From Lingula anatina (Eukaryota > Animalia > Brachiopoda): a stretch of DNA of 64,000 nucleotides. A program made the translations under genes and the position numbers. Where the stretch lies: assembly GCA_051362555.1 (NCBI GenBank), contig CM120644.1, positions 1,248,954-1,312,953 of the forward strand. The letters are read 5' to 3'. Each line of letters opens with the position of its first letter. Position 1 is the stretch's first letter. A model generated the notes under the pieces. That model was not told the origin of the DNA and did no database searches. It saw only the letters and a program-made list of their open reading frames with translations. Below, piece after piece: positions 11,564 through 24,850 of the stretch.

Positions 11564-11640
11564 CAGTGGCGGATTTAGAGGGGGGGGGGGGGTCAGGGGT
11601 CCCCCCCCCCCCTCTTCAAATAATCCTGGATCCGCCCCTG
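11564..11640. mobile_element. Short MITE, CAGTGGCGGAT...ATCCGCCCCTG
   Basis: TIRs plus the 5-bp TSD GAATG (11559-11563 and 11641-11645). Confidence 0.8.
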
Positions 11641-12834
11641 GAATGCAATGAGAATTTATCAGCCTTCCATAAGTCAGATATAAATACGGGTCCACAACTG
11701 AAAATTATATAAGTGTTAAGGACAAAATTCATTCGTTATTTTTAGTATTGAAAAGTTTGATGTTAAATAACTATTGTAAAGTCGTTCAATCCATTCATTG
11801 GAAGGAGTCATAGCTCCCACGCGTTTTACACAAAGCTTAATCAGAGATCAACCTTAGCTGAATCAAACCAGCAGAAACTTTGCAAAGATCGACCAGCCTC
11901 TGACTTTACTATGCAGAACTGTGGCATATACTGTACTAGTATTATACTATAGTCCAGCAAAATCATCCTCCATCTACCAAAATTTTGTTTCTACCATTAA
12001 TTCAAATTTATTAGACATAAATATGCAGAATAAAAACTATCGTAATATCCCTCTTTCGTGTTTATATTAGTTTTGTAACTTACAACGTATATACAACATT
12101 GGTCAAAAAGGCTGTCCCACCCCCCATTTCCATGTACTTTAATTTACAAATGATCACCTCACAGCTGTAAATTGTTAGAAATAGTGCTTTTTATTCCAGA
12201 TACAGTGTTTAACGCGATTAAGAGTTCGAAAAAATATAAAATAGTGGTGATTTGTTCCGCTTGATTTGTTTTTCACTTTGCTTTTACTTGAAATAAAGTT
12301 ATCCTTTTCGTGACTGGGAGTTGCAAAAACTGTGCAAGGGGTAAAAGATATGCAATAGCACAAGAGTTGATCTTGTATTAAAGAAATGGATATTCTTACT
12401 GAGCCCAACACCAAGGAAATAGCCTGACAAGATCTTGCTTGTTTGTTCGACGTTCAGACGTCCATACGATACCTAACATGTTGGCTAAAAGTTCATGTAG
12501 ATGTGGTATAATTGATGACTACCCGTATACGGGACATAGAGTGATCTTAGTGAAAATTACGTTGACAGTGGGCCACGTGTGAACAATGTCACGCGCATGG
12601 AGAAATCTTTCCAACTTGCAAGTCTTTGTTAGTGCTGTCTTACAATTTCTTGACAAGCCTGGTTTAGCAGGACTTTCAGAAACCTTGACACTTAACAGAG
12701 ATGTCCAATTGTGAAACTAAGATTTTGTAGGGAGTCCCTTAACTGTGTTTGTTTTTATTTAAAGATTGGAGTTTTTTTCAAAAGATTTTCTATGATATTT
12801 TAACGTTGCCTCTAACCACAAAAATCAATCCATC

Positions 12835-13030
12835 ACCAAATACTACCCACATTGCTTCCGAGCACACCAGTCACAATCTATTACCAAATACTACCCACAT
12901 TGCTTCCGAGCACACCAGTCACAATCTATTACCAAATACTACCCACATTGCTTCCGAGCACACCAGTCACAATCTATTACCAAATACTACCCACATTGCT
13001 TCCTAGCACACCAATCACAATCTATCACCA
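12835..13030 (+). repeat. 39-bp minisatellite, about 5 copies (ACCAAATACTACCCACATTGCTTCCGAGCACACCAGTCACAATCTATT-type core)
   Basis: Tandem units between the 3' ends of genes A and B; paralogous arrays at 23927 and 43453. Confidence 0.92.
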
Positions 13031-14068
13031 AGTATTCCATGCATGTTTATAAACAATATCAGGTATAAAAAGTATTAGCACCTCCTTTGTATGACACTGA
13101 TGATTGAGTTATAGTAAACTACATCAGAATACATAACTAGAAAAGCGCTCAGATAGCGAACGCAGACCTCCACAAAGGAAACTTATACAAAACGGCATTA
13201 AAGTGTATACTTTTTTATTGTTATTTGGAGGGAACTTCCGTTGTTTTATTGTGATCATTTGCTTTTCAATACCACATGAAAAATTACTTTTTTTCACAAT
13301 CAGTTTCTGGGAGAATCTTGTAAGAAAGCATATAAAGACAATTGCGTCTTCCTTGACGTAGGTCATAACGATCCGTGATAGTGTTGGCATTATTATCTCA
13401 GGCAGTGATCATCAGTGTAAGGTGGAGAACTACAACATTGTCAGCCAGTTAGGTTAAATAATGCTTTGTCTTCTATGATACATGTATATTTGTAGACACA
13501 GCCTCTTCTGATGATTAAATAATTCATTCATACATGTTCTCTAAACGTGCTTGTACTATCTGTGAAATATAACTTTCTTTTACCTTTTACAAGCGTTCAG
13601 AATAAAATCAGTTAAGGTGAATTTTTTAAAATAAAAACACTTTCGAGTGTTTCTGTATTTCGCCAGGCCATGGCAGAACTTGAATTTTGTTAATAACATC
13701 AAAATTTCTTTAATACACAGCTGTTTCATTGCAAATACAATTAATCGCTTGGTTTGCAAATGAATTTTAACAAAACAAAAAAAAAAACGTTTATGATTCC
13801 CATGGACATTTGCAACCATTATTGGTTAAAAAAGATTAAAAACAAAATGACAACTTCATCATTATATTTTATTGCATAAGCGATGTAAAATTTCATACAT
13901 GTAATACAGAATATGTTTCCAAATTGCACTGTTCTATTTATGGGCAAAAGCAGTAAAGATATTTAGAATGATATATGAGCAAGGAACTGTTTGGTATGGG
14001 TCACGTGGTTGATGTCGTCATATCCGGCTGTGCACACTGCAGAATAATGGTTATCCTCAGCATCAGTT

Positions 14069-15081
14069 TCTGGAATATAAAGAAATGATTGATGATGACT
14101 CTCAGGCACTGCACGGGTCTAGATAGTGAAATCGGACCAATACAAAAATTAATGGGTAGACAAATTGTCTATACAATATGTCATATCAATAGACTGTATA
14201 AAAACGGAAAAAAAGCCTATTATCATTTTTTTAATTTTCCGACTCGTCTTAACTAGCCATTAGGAAAACATGCATTAGGCTGAATATTTCCAGTTAACTT
14301 ACGTGGAACAAACTGTAAAATAAGATAAAATAAAATTGAAATCTTACCACAAAAACCCCCACGGGGTAATTGATCCCTTCTTTCCTCCGTATTGAGGTTT
14401 TCCGTATCCAGCACCTTTGTATCCATAGCCTCCTCCGTTGCTGTTGTATCCGTTCAGGTGATATCCGTTGCGATCACCATATCCGTACCTTTGACCATAA
14501 TAGCTGTTGTCGCCATTTCCATATCCGCCTAGTTGGTATTCATAGTGAGTCCTTTTACAAAATAAAAAAAAGACAAATAACTTTTCAATTTCATTGGGAT
14601 AAACTATCAATATGAAAGACAAACAGTCTTCAGTGGCACTCAGGTTATTAGACTTGGAGTAAAGGCTGAGCGTATCATTTCTGTATAAAATAATCATTTC
14701 TTGGCATCTCTTGTCTCGATTCTCGAGCGCTGACAAAATGAAAGCCCCCCAAAAATTGCTTATAAACAAAAGTAAGGTGATTCCTTCAGCTACATATTTG
14801 AAAATAGACTGTCCGGATCTTTTTCTTTATTTGTAATTTTGTATTACATTTTGAGTATTGGTAAGAGTAAATCGCAGAAACATCGCAGTCCAACGAAGCG
14901 GCCGCTGCTGCCAAAACCACGAGTAGAATCAGCTTTATCATCTTGGCTGAAAAAGTCACAAATACATGAAAAACATACACACATACACACACCCACTAAC
15001 TCACTTTTTACTCCCAGAGTCCCACCTAGTGGCTGCTGCTGTCAAAGCCACGAGAGCAGCGAGTAGAATCAGCTTCATCAT
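14069..15081 (-). CDS. Gene B: secreted Gly/Tyr-rich protein, 93 aa; exons 15081-15005, 14551-14348, then exon 3 from 14069 (stop codon split TG|A)
   Basis: Exon 1 MMKLILLAALVALTAAATRWDSGSK ends AA|gtgagt. Exon 2 follows taaaag| and reads KTHYEYQLGGYGNGDNSYYGQRYGYGDRNGYHLNGYNSNGGGYGYKGAGYGKPQYGGKKGSITPWGFL, ending TG|gtaag. Exon 3 is ttccag|AAACTGA followed by a conserved 3' UTR and AATAAA at ~13868-13873. TATA box at 15176-15182. Confidence 0.85.
14870..14941 (-). pseudogene. Extra diverged copy of the signal-peptide exon inside intron 1 of gene B
   Basis: GCCAAG ATG ATA AAG CTG ATT CTA CTC GTG GTT TTG GCA GCA GCG GCC = MIKLILLVVLAAAA, with the same start context as the family. No obvious phase-2 donor. 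Confidence 0.6.
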
Positions 15082-15884
15082 CTTGGCGACAAAAGAGCTG
15101 TCATCTGCTAACTGTTGAAGTGTGACTTGGAGCTTGATTGAAGTCGAAGTCTGTCAAAACTGGACCAAGGCAACCTTTTATACCGTCCCGACACACATTG
15201 AATTTGTAATTATTGTATTTTAAGAAGACAGTATTTTGCCGATAGATATTTGCGACGAAGGTCGGGATGGTTAATTTGATAAAAGACACGTAAGGAATAA
15301 ATCACCATTTTGGCAACGCATCATCAAACTGCCAAAATTAATTCTCCCGATTTTTAAACAGCCAGGAAAGAAATGACGACTAAGGTAGAAACACGCCAAA
15401 ACTGCTCTTAGCAACTATGCCTTACTCCTTTTTAAGCTATTGTAAGATACGGCAGTCAAAGGATTTGGTTTGAAAGTGATTATTTTGTCGGTCTTTAAAT
15501 TATGACAGAGTTGACAAAGCGTTTTTTATCAATTCAGATCATGATGTTTTAAACACAAAACCATGTAACAACCCCGCGTATCCTTGATACGCATCTAGCA
15601 AATGATAAACTGCAATTTCTGCTGATAGATGAATAATACCAATACTGAAAATCGAAAAAAAAAACACCATTTTGTCTCCTCGTTACAGCGATTGTAAGTC
15701 TAACCTTATTATTAATTCTGGTGAGAAGTACAACAGGATAGGACACTATATTTTACGACCTTTTCATTAGGTAATAATTCTCTGCCTTGGGTGGATTTAA
15801 AACACGCTGTATGTTACAGCTGATAGACTTATATTACATGGTTGGTGCCAATAAGATGTGCGTCTGCTTTAAGGCATACTGGTA

Positions 15885-15914
15885 CCTGAACCTGATGGAT
15901 AAGTGTGGTGACTT

Positions 15915-15969
<55 letters not shown>

Positions 15970-18660
15970 TTAGATAAAACATGCCGTCCAAATCATTGAC
16001 GAGAAATATAACGCCGCCTTACTTCATTGTTACAAGAAAAGGAGACTTTCAATAACACACTGTCAAAGAAGAAGCAGTTGAGTGGTAATTTTCAATAGGT
16101 CTTAGAAAAGAGACTACTTAACTTTATCAAACACATCTACATGTTTTTTTTTTCATTACCAACTGATAGTAACGAACCAATGCACTCTTTTCAAGCAGCT
16201 AATGAACTTGATGAATGCTACTAAATAAACAATACCCAATGAAAATAACGAAAAAAAAATCGCTTCTCTGTCTTCTCATCACAAAGGTTGCAAGTCATTC
16301 AGCTCAGAGAACAATATATTTTACGAGTGTTTCATTAGATAGAAAGTCCTTGGGGTAAACTGAAAAGACTGTTTATTGCAGCACTACAATTTATGACAGA
16401 CGATAGGCTTAAACGGGTTGGCATTAATTATACGTAATTGTAAGCTTCAAAGTGGTACGTAAATTGGATGGAAAAGATTGGTACAAATGTAGTTGCACCG
16501 GACGCCTCCAAAATCTCTCTCTCTATCTTTCTCTCTCACACACACACATACACACACACGCTCATATTGTCAGGAAGGATCTTTTAATGCAATATATTAT
16601 GCAATCCTCATTCGTAGCATATGTAACGTTAGTTAGTGACAGCATGCAGCGAATAAGAGGTTTATCCATATACAGTGAGTGGCAGATGACAATCGCTATG
16701 CACTGTCTAGAAGGACGGATTTGACATTATATGCTAACTGAACTTTCGTGCTATATTTCAAAATGGAGGATACAACGGACTATACCAAATGGAACTTTTC
16801 ATTTGAGTGGATAAGAACTTTAAATTTTAACATGTTATTGCATGTGGTTATAATGACACATTAAGTATTGTAAGTTGAATATTAAATATGTTTAGTATTA
16901 ATTATATATCAATATTCAGTTTATCGGTCTTATAATAATTAGTTATTGACATTTACCTATACAGTTATTGGTACAGGAACAGTGTACTTAGCCTTTGCAA
17001 AGATGAAGACATGAAACTGATCATATGCATTAAGGAAGATTCTTCCTTAATTATTTTTTCGGTACGTTTTTGTTCAGTCGTGGATTGGGTTTGATATAAA
17101 ACGATTGTTTCTCTTATAGCCATCAGAAGAGAGCGCTACCGTGTGGATGAATATGAAGTTAAACAGGAACTTCGTCATCGACGATGCGCTGGTCGCAACG
17201 TTGTGTGGTGAATGCTGTTTATATTCGACTGGGGGTGGCCAACCCTATTGTCTCACGTAGTGCACTCCATCAATATCTAAAATGACAAACGACAGAGAGA
17301 AACCGTATATGAAAATGTGTCAGAGCCATAATAAGAGAGTAACAGATTTAAACATCCGCGCGGAGAAAACAAATAAAAATATCTGTGCTCTTAGGCCGCA
17401 CATTGGAAGGTGTAAATGCCAATACGAAATATATCCACGAACATTTGTATTTTCATAAAAATTTATAAATCTATCTTCCTTTAAGTTATATTTTGGGTTT
17501 CATGTCCAACGTATTTCTATTTTATCATAAGTTTCTTATAAAATATCTATGTACTTAGTTTTGTTTTGCATGGATTTATGGAAAAAGAAAAATGGAGTGT
17601 CTAAAATTTATTTTAATGTATATTTTAATTTTAAATATGCCTAGGGACAGGCATATCGTCCCCGGGAGATAATGTAACGTTAGTTAGTGACAGCATGCAG
17701 CGAATAAGAGCGGGGAGTGTTTTGTAATGTCACTTTAGTTGATTGACATGCTCTTATGGTATTTATACAACTGCGCTTAGTGTAAACAGGGAGAAGGCCG
17801 CTACAGATTGCATGAGGTAGGAATAGAAATGAAGGAAGCGGCGCGGGTAATAACTGGACAGTAGTTCAATAAATAATAAGAAAGATAATATCTGTGTTGT
17901 ATTTGCTACCTCGCGTAACATGACGAAGACAAGCCAATAGCTTCGTCACAAATAGAAGATAAAAATAAAACCAAACAAACAAAGGGACATTTTCTTCACA
18001 GCCGCATACTAAAGTAAACTCGATACAAACTTTCATTCATTCATGATAGTTTATTCCCATGTGTGTAAAATATTGGGCTGGTACAAATGTATGCAATTTA
18101 GATACGTTCACCTCAACTAGTTTATTAAAGCATTGCCTATGTGGAGATGGAACATAGCCGCATTTATTTGATAATGAACTCTCGCAAACCCCGCAAAAAC
18201 ACACACTGAGAGAGTGTCTATCTTCAGGTGTATACATTGTATTAACACTTATTTTTAATTAGCAGATTCAAGGCGTTCTATGCTTTACTTTGACTGAGGC
18301 GTTATTTAACGACTCTCCCCTCCTTCAAGATGGGTCCAGCGCTCCCGCTGACTACACGTGAATTGGGCGTCCGCCAGTAGTCATTCTTTCATGAATTGAA
18401 TCAGAATGGCGACGCCCAATGCACGTGTGCACGTGGTCACTGGGAGCGCTGGACTATGTGTACAACTTTTTTCCATCTGATTAATGTACCACTTTGAAGC
18501 TTACAAGTACATATGACGCGAACCCGATTATGTCCATTATAGCCATCAAAGTGTTTTCATTGTACCCCAGACGCTTCTTATCTAATGAAACACCCGTAAA
18601 TATGTCTTGCCCTCACCTGTCGTAACTTCTGAATCAATGAGTGACTTGCCAACTTTATGA
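15885..18660. repeat. About 1.5-kb non-coding duplicated module upstream of the minus-strand genes; paralogs at ~21550-22740, ~38950-40840, ~48325-49940, and ~49940-50823 continuing at 59934-60300
   Basis: Recurring anchors in the same order: CCTGAAC(C/T)TGATGG, (CT)n(CA)n, TAGATAAAACATGCCGTCC, CAAGAAAAGGAGACTT, AGCATATAAGATAAAAATAAAACC, GAGGATTGACTTGCATG. Not every copy has every anchor. Confidence 0.85.
16622..17950 (+). mobile_element. Non-autonomous LTR element: 5' LTR reduced to ~38 bp, ~1-kb non-coding interior, intact ~278-bp 3' LTR at 17673-17950
   Basis: TGTAACGTTAGTTAGTGACAGCATGCAGCGAATAAGAG at both 16622 and 17673. The LTR has TG...CA ends and an internal AATAAA. A purine tract GGGAGATAA precedes the 3' LTR. 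TSD CATA/AATA; paralogous modules show the empty site AGCATATAAGATAAAA. Confidence 0.75.
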
Positions 18661-20173
18661 TGGGCAGACAAACTGGTGACATTTTTTTTTTTTTTAGAGT
18701 TTTTCATTTGATGTACAGGTAGTTAATTTAACAGCCTTAGTAGATAAGTAGGTATTTTGGAGGTTTCCTTGCATTTGAATGAGAGCTTCAGAGAGCTACC
18801 TTAGGTTCTAGATTCCAGTATTGTCACTGACTCTAGCCACTACCGACAGATTGGGGGGGGGGGTCGGCAAAATTTTGCCTGGGGCGCTTTCATATTTGGA
18901 AGTCACATGTCTCGTACGTCACAGATATGCCCCGCCTGGAGCTGCCTTCCCCGCCTTGAGCTGACGTCATATCTTGCAGACGAGACAAAGAAGCAAAGTG
19001 GCTGACGTGGAGTTTGAAGTTTGAACTGAGATACCTTGCATTCTTAAATCAGTGCCACAACAAAAGCACCCTTCTGCTTTAAAAACTGATTTTGGGTACA
19101 GCCACTGCGTATTCCTTATAGTGGTTTCGGACATATCAGCCACCACACCGATTTTGCCTGGTGCGCTATGTGATAGCCATAATCCTAAGCGGGGTTGGAA
19201 AGTAGTGCATCTCATCTAGATTCATGCGCTGCTGCAATTTTCCCTGTTTATGCTAAAAATCTGACAATACCGCAATTTTTTAACATAAAATTTAGGTTCG
19301 AACATAGCCAATGATGTTATGTAAATAAGAACTTGCAAACTTATATATTAATTTAGAAAAGTATACCTAATTTTGATAGCGGAAGCAAATTATGCGATTT
19401 TTTCACCGACTACCGTCGGTCGCCATGTTGTTGTATTCATACGACTCCTACTTGACGAAAACGAGGCGCGATACCCGGATGACAGGTATGCCTACAAAAT
19501 TTGTGATGGGGTATGATACTCCGTAATGCGATCTGACACACCTTGAAAACGGGTAGTGTGGTCTGATATACCGGTTTATTCTGGATCCGTAGGTGCCGAG
19601 TCTGGTAGCTGAGTAGGCCTGAACCCTGTTATGTAATTCCATCAGCTGTAACGAGCAAGTCTTTTAAATCTTCCCAAGGCAGGAAATTCTTATCTAATGG
19701 AACGGTCGTAAAAACGTAATGCCCTAACCTATTATAACTTCTACCCAGAATTAATAATAAGGTTAGACTTACCATAGTTGTAACAAGTAGACAAACTGAT
19801 TTTTTTTTCGATGTTCCGTTTTGGTATTATTCATCTATAAGTACAAATTGTGATTCATCATTTGACTGTCATGGATACGCGGGTTTGTTGCACGGTATTG
19901 TGTTAAAAGTATTTAAAAAATGAACGAATAAAAAAATGCTTTGTTTTACCTTTGTCATAATTCAATTATTCCGTATGTGTCTCATTTCTAATTAACCATC
20001 ATGACGTGACGAGTATCTTAAGGCAAATACTGACTTGCAAAATATAATAATCACCAAATCGTTTTGTGTTTCGGGTCGGTATATTGCCTTGGTCCAGTTT
20101 TGACAGACTTCGACTTATTCAAGCTCCAAGTCACACTCTGCCAATTAGCAGACGACATCTCTTTTCGGCCAAG

Positions 20174-20247
20174 ATGGTGAAACTGATTCTACTTGCTGCT
20201 CTCCTGGCCGTAGCCGCTGTCCAACTTTGGAATGATACTGACGAAAG
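20174..20247 (+). pseudogene. Gene C: orphan signal-peptide exon (MVKLILLAALLAVAAVQLWNDTDE)
   Basis: Family 5' UTR is present upstream, but the TATA box is eroded, the donor reads AG|gagag instead of gt, and there is no exon 2 or 3 downstream. Confidence 0.75.
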
Positions 20248-20744
20248 GAGAGAGAGAGAGAGAGAGAGACTACTTTTTTAAGTCTTGCTTACTTAACTAG
20301 ACCAATGCAAATCGTTGAATAAGAAGGCAATTTATGCAAAGAATCAGTTTTCTTTCATATACATATATTGCTGTCAAATGGTGATTTTATCCTCACTGCT
20401 ACCCAGCTGAGTGATGATCTCAATGCCATACATTAATACTCAGAATACAGGCAATAATTTAAGCTGTGAATATATCTACAGTGTAGTGCAAATTAACCTT
20501 TGGCCCTGGTATGTGGGATCTTAATAGCCAAGGTTGAGAGAGAGAGATACAACTGAAGGGTCCATACTTGTTGTGGATTCAGCTACAACAGACCGTTCAT
20601 CTTATGAAGCATTTAGAGTTAGTAAACAATCTGGACGACCATGCATTTTTACTTTATTGTTCTGGGAATTATCTTTGTCTTGTTCGAAGTTTCGATTTGA
20701 TTTTCATGTTCTTTTTTAATATTATGTGACTTGGATACTATGGG

Positions 20745-21232
20745 ACTTAACGTAACTTTTCAATTTCATTGGGATAAAATTACCAATATGAAAGAAGAAA
20801 ACGTCGCCTGTCAGTCTGCCAGTCTTCAGTGGCACTCTGCTTATTAGACGTGCAGTAAAGGCTGAGCGTATCATTTTCTGTATAAAATGATCATTTCTTC
20901 GCATGCTTTGTCTCGATTCTCGAGCGCTGAACAAAATGAAACCACAACAGTAACTTCCTTATAAACAAAAGTAAGGTGAAAATAGACTGTCCGGATCAAT
21001 TCTTCTTGTTTTTATTTCTAATTAAATTGCACTATTAGATGAATTGAGTATTGGTAAGAGTAAATCACAAAACAATAAACAACTACTCGCTAGTAAACCT
21101 CTTTCTCTCACACACACTCAAACACACGCACATATACACACGTACATTAACAGACCTTTTACTCCCAGAGTCCCACCTAGGGGCTGCTGCTGCCAAAGCC
21201 ACGAGGGCAGCGAGTAGAATCAGCTTCATCAT
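20745..21232 (-). pseudogene. Gene D: exon 1 (21232-21156, MMKLILLAALVALAAAAPRWDSGSK) plus intron 1, truncated before exon 2
   Basis: TATA box, exon 1 and intron match B and G until ~20745, about 20 bp short of the exon-2 acceptor; homology then stops. Confidence 0.8.
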
Positions 21233-22200
21233 TTCGGCGGCAAAAGAGGTGTCGTCAACTGACTGTTGAAGTGTGACTTGGAGCTTGACTGAAGTCAAAG
21301 TCTGTCAAAACTGGACCAAGGCAACGGTTTTATACCGTCCCCACACATAACGGATTCGTAATCATTATAGTTTTGGAAGCCAGTATTTTGCCTTTAGATA
21401 TTTGCGACGAAGGTCGGGAAGGTTAATTTAATATGAGACGCATAAGGAATAAATCATCATTTTGGCAACACATCATCAAACTGACAAAATTAAATCTCCC
21501 GATTTTTAAAAAACTAGGAAAGAAATGAAGACTAAGGAAGAAACACGCCCACACTGGTTAAGCTTTCGGAAATCCTCATGCATGTCTTAAAATGCAAAGA
21601 GACCTCCAATGTCCCACTAATGTCACCGCTGCATACCTTAGATATTCTTCTACAATGTTTTAAGAAATTTGATAAGAAAAGAAAATGTTCCCAAAAGCCT
21701 CCTTACTCCATTGTTACAAGAAAAGGAGACTTCAAAAAAAAAATGGTGTCAAAGAAGAAGCAGTTTAGTGGAAATTTTTCAATTGGTCTCAAAAAAGAGA
21801 CTACTTTACTTTAGCAAACAGATTTACATTTTTTGTCATAAGCAACCAATAGTAACGAGCCATTTGAAGCACCTAATGAACTAATGCAAGGTTCTAAATA
21901 TACAATACCCAATAAAAATAACGAAAAAATATCTCTTGTCTGTCTTTTTATCACAAAGTTGGCAAGTCACTTAAGTCAGGGCACGACGATTTTTACGAGT
22001 ACAGTATTTCATTAGATAAAAAGTGATTGGAGTCATTAAGATGGAAAGACCTTGTTTATTTCAGCAGTATGGTAGATAACAGACGTAACTAGGTTGGCGT
22101 CAATTATATGACATTGTACTTGTTAGCTTCCAGGTGGTACGTGAATAGGATGGAAAAGAGTAGTAAAACTGTAGCTGCATTGAACGCCTCCGAAATCTTA

Positions 22201-22231
<31 letters not shown>

Positions 22232-22534
22232 TCACATGGACCTAAAAACGCTCATATTGTGCCTTATGTAATCCATATTCCAAGCATATAAGATAAAAAT
22301 AAATCCAAACAAACAAAAGGGACACTTTCTTCATAGCCACATGCCAAAGTGAACTTGGTGCATGCAGATTTCAATTCATTCATGAAACGTACTAGTATAT
22401 ATTCATATGTGTTCTTTTAGGTCACATATATACTCAGTCTGCTAATGACCAGTTAATTTAAGGATTCCTATGCGGAAAAGGAGGATAGCTTTTATTAGAT
22501 TATGAACCCTCTCAAAACACATACACACATATAC

Positions 22535-22564
22535 AGAGAGAGAGAGAGAGAGAGAGATAAGATA

Positions 22565-22603
<39 letters not shown>

Positions 22604-22607
22604 GATA

Positions 22608-22650
<43 letters not shown>

Positions 22651-22690
22651 GATACAAAGAGAGAGAGTGAGAGAGAGATAGAGGAAGGGA
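22535..22690. repeat. (AG)n interrupted three times by ATAAGATACAA
   Basis: Seen directly. Confidence 0.9.
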
Positions 22691-23350
22691 AAGAGGGGGA
22701 AATAGAGAGGATTGACTTGCATGCATTACAACATTTCCATTATTTCTTTAATGAATAGAATTTCAATGATATAAGTCCCTGTAAAAATATGTTATGCTAA
22801 TTTACCGTCGTCTGTTGTCTTACTAAGGGAAAAGGTGATGATCTTGTCTGCATATAATGTCACTGTGACTCATTAAAAATTCTCTAAAGTATAACGAAGC
22901 TTCATATTAACATTAAGCGTATGTACGGGTGTCATTTTCTTTGGGCAGTACAGCAAATATAAATGTTATTTTTATTGTTAATGTTCTAATAATCAGACGT
23001 AACACTTGGTATGGGATTGATTTATAGCTTTAGAGCAAGCTAGTTAAAGTTTGTTAATACAAAGAAAACGACGAAGTGGTGCACCTGCTATTAAGCCTGA
23101 GCTTAAATATGAATCCAAGAGAGAGAGAGAGAGAGAGATGGGGATTGAAAGAGAGAGAGAGAGATACGGGAGACAGGGATAATTTCATCACGCCTAGTCC
23201 AGCAGCTAGCCACTACTACTGTTAACTTTACATGATCTCATTAAGACGGTATACAAGAATAAATTAATTGAAAACCAAATTATTGAAAAATATAAAGAAT
23301 AATCGGATAATGGCAAGTGAGTTTAACATTCATTTTATGTTAATGAGCAA

Positions 23351-23422
<72 letters not shown>

Positions 23423-23726
23423 CGGAAGGCGCGCGCACTAACAATATTTGTTCTTATCAGTCAGACTAGCAGTATGCCTTGTGGCCTATAAATGCGCTAT
23501 GGCCGCAACCTTCACATCCATTATTTAGCAGTGACATGTAATCTACTGGTCTTTTCTACATACTAAAGACACTTCTTATAAAACCAAACAAAGGGTAGGT
23601 TCATAACCTGTTGTTACTACCGTGAGGCTCAAAGTTTTAAATTTTTTTAGTATGTTTTACCTTTACTGAATTTGATAAGCACAAACATTAAAACAAATCA
23701 AGAAAATTATTTTGGACAATCTGACG

Positions 23727-23926
23727 ATACTTGGTAATTGAAACCAAAGTGATAATAGATTTCATGTGTGTCCTATTTAGCCACCTCTACCTTTACAAAT
23801 ATTTTAAGGCAAAATATTCGGTTCCAAAATGTAATAATTACGCATACGTTTTGTTTTGGCACATTGTAAAATAGCTGCCTTGGTTCAGTTTTGACATACT
23901 CCGACGTCAGTCAAGATCCGAGTCAC
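23727..23926 (+). pseudogene. Orphan promoter/5' UTR of a deleted plus-strand family member
   Basis: Colinear with the gene F upstream region (40843-41050: GATACTTGGTAA..GAAACCAAAG..AAAATAGCTGCCTTGGTT.AGTTTTGACA..GTCAAGAT), then joins the 39-bp minisatellite directly. Confidence 0.75.
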
Positions 23927-24180
23927 AAAATCACCGATTGCCACAAGGTACTTCCCATATTGCTTCCGAGCACACCAGTCACAATCTATCACCAAATACC
24001 TCCCACATTGCTTCCGAGCACACCAATCACAATCTATCACCAAATACTTCCCACATTGCATCCGAGCTCACCAGTCACAATCTATCACCAAATACTACCC
24101 ACATTGCTTCCGAGCACACCAGTCACAATCTATCACCAATTACTACCCACAATGCTTCCTGCCACACCAGTCACAATCTG
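23927..24180 (+). repeat. 39-bp minisatellite, about 6 copies
   Basis: Same unit as the arrays at 12835 and 43453. Confidence 0.9.
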
Positions 24181-24850
24181 CATAACGCTGATGATGGAGA
24201 TACAGTAAACTACATCAAAATACATAACTAGAAAAGCACTAAGAGAGCTAACGCAGACCTACGCAAAGGAAACTTATACAAAACGGCATAGAAGTATATT
24301 CTTTTTTCTTGTTATTTGGAGGGAACTTTGGGTGTTTTATTGTTATTGGTAGGTTTTCAATACCACATGTAAAGTTTACTTTCTTCAGAATCAGAGTTTC
24401 TTGGAGAATCTTGTAAGAAAGTATATATAGACAATTGCAAAGGCATACACTGTGTCTTCCTTGACGTAGGCCATAACGATCCGTGCTTGATATTGGTGCC
24501 ATTATTAATTAAGCGTCAGTTTGAATAATGCTTTGTCTTCTAAGAAATACATTTAGTCGTGGTGATTTCTGGTAATTAAATAATTAATTCATATTAAATA
24601 ATTCATTCATATGTTCTCTTAACGTGCTTGTACTATCGGTAAAATATAACTTTCTTTTAACTTTTACAAGTACTCAGAATAAAATCTGAGTTTTTAAATA
24701 AAAACACATTCATATGATGGGTGATGATCCATATGATGGGGTTTTAAATATGATCCCTGTATATGTGAACTTTTAAATAAATAAATACACGCTTATAAAA
24801 AACAAAAACGCTTATAATTCCCATGGATATTTACAATCTATATTGGTTAA

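Noticed and set aside
14375-14395. GGKKG in B and G as a neuropeptide amidation or dibasic cleavage site
   Set aside because: A single site, absent from A and F, with no repeated peptide cassettes; a structural-protein composition is the simpler explanation.
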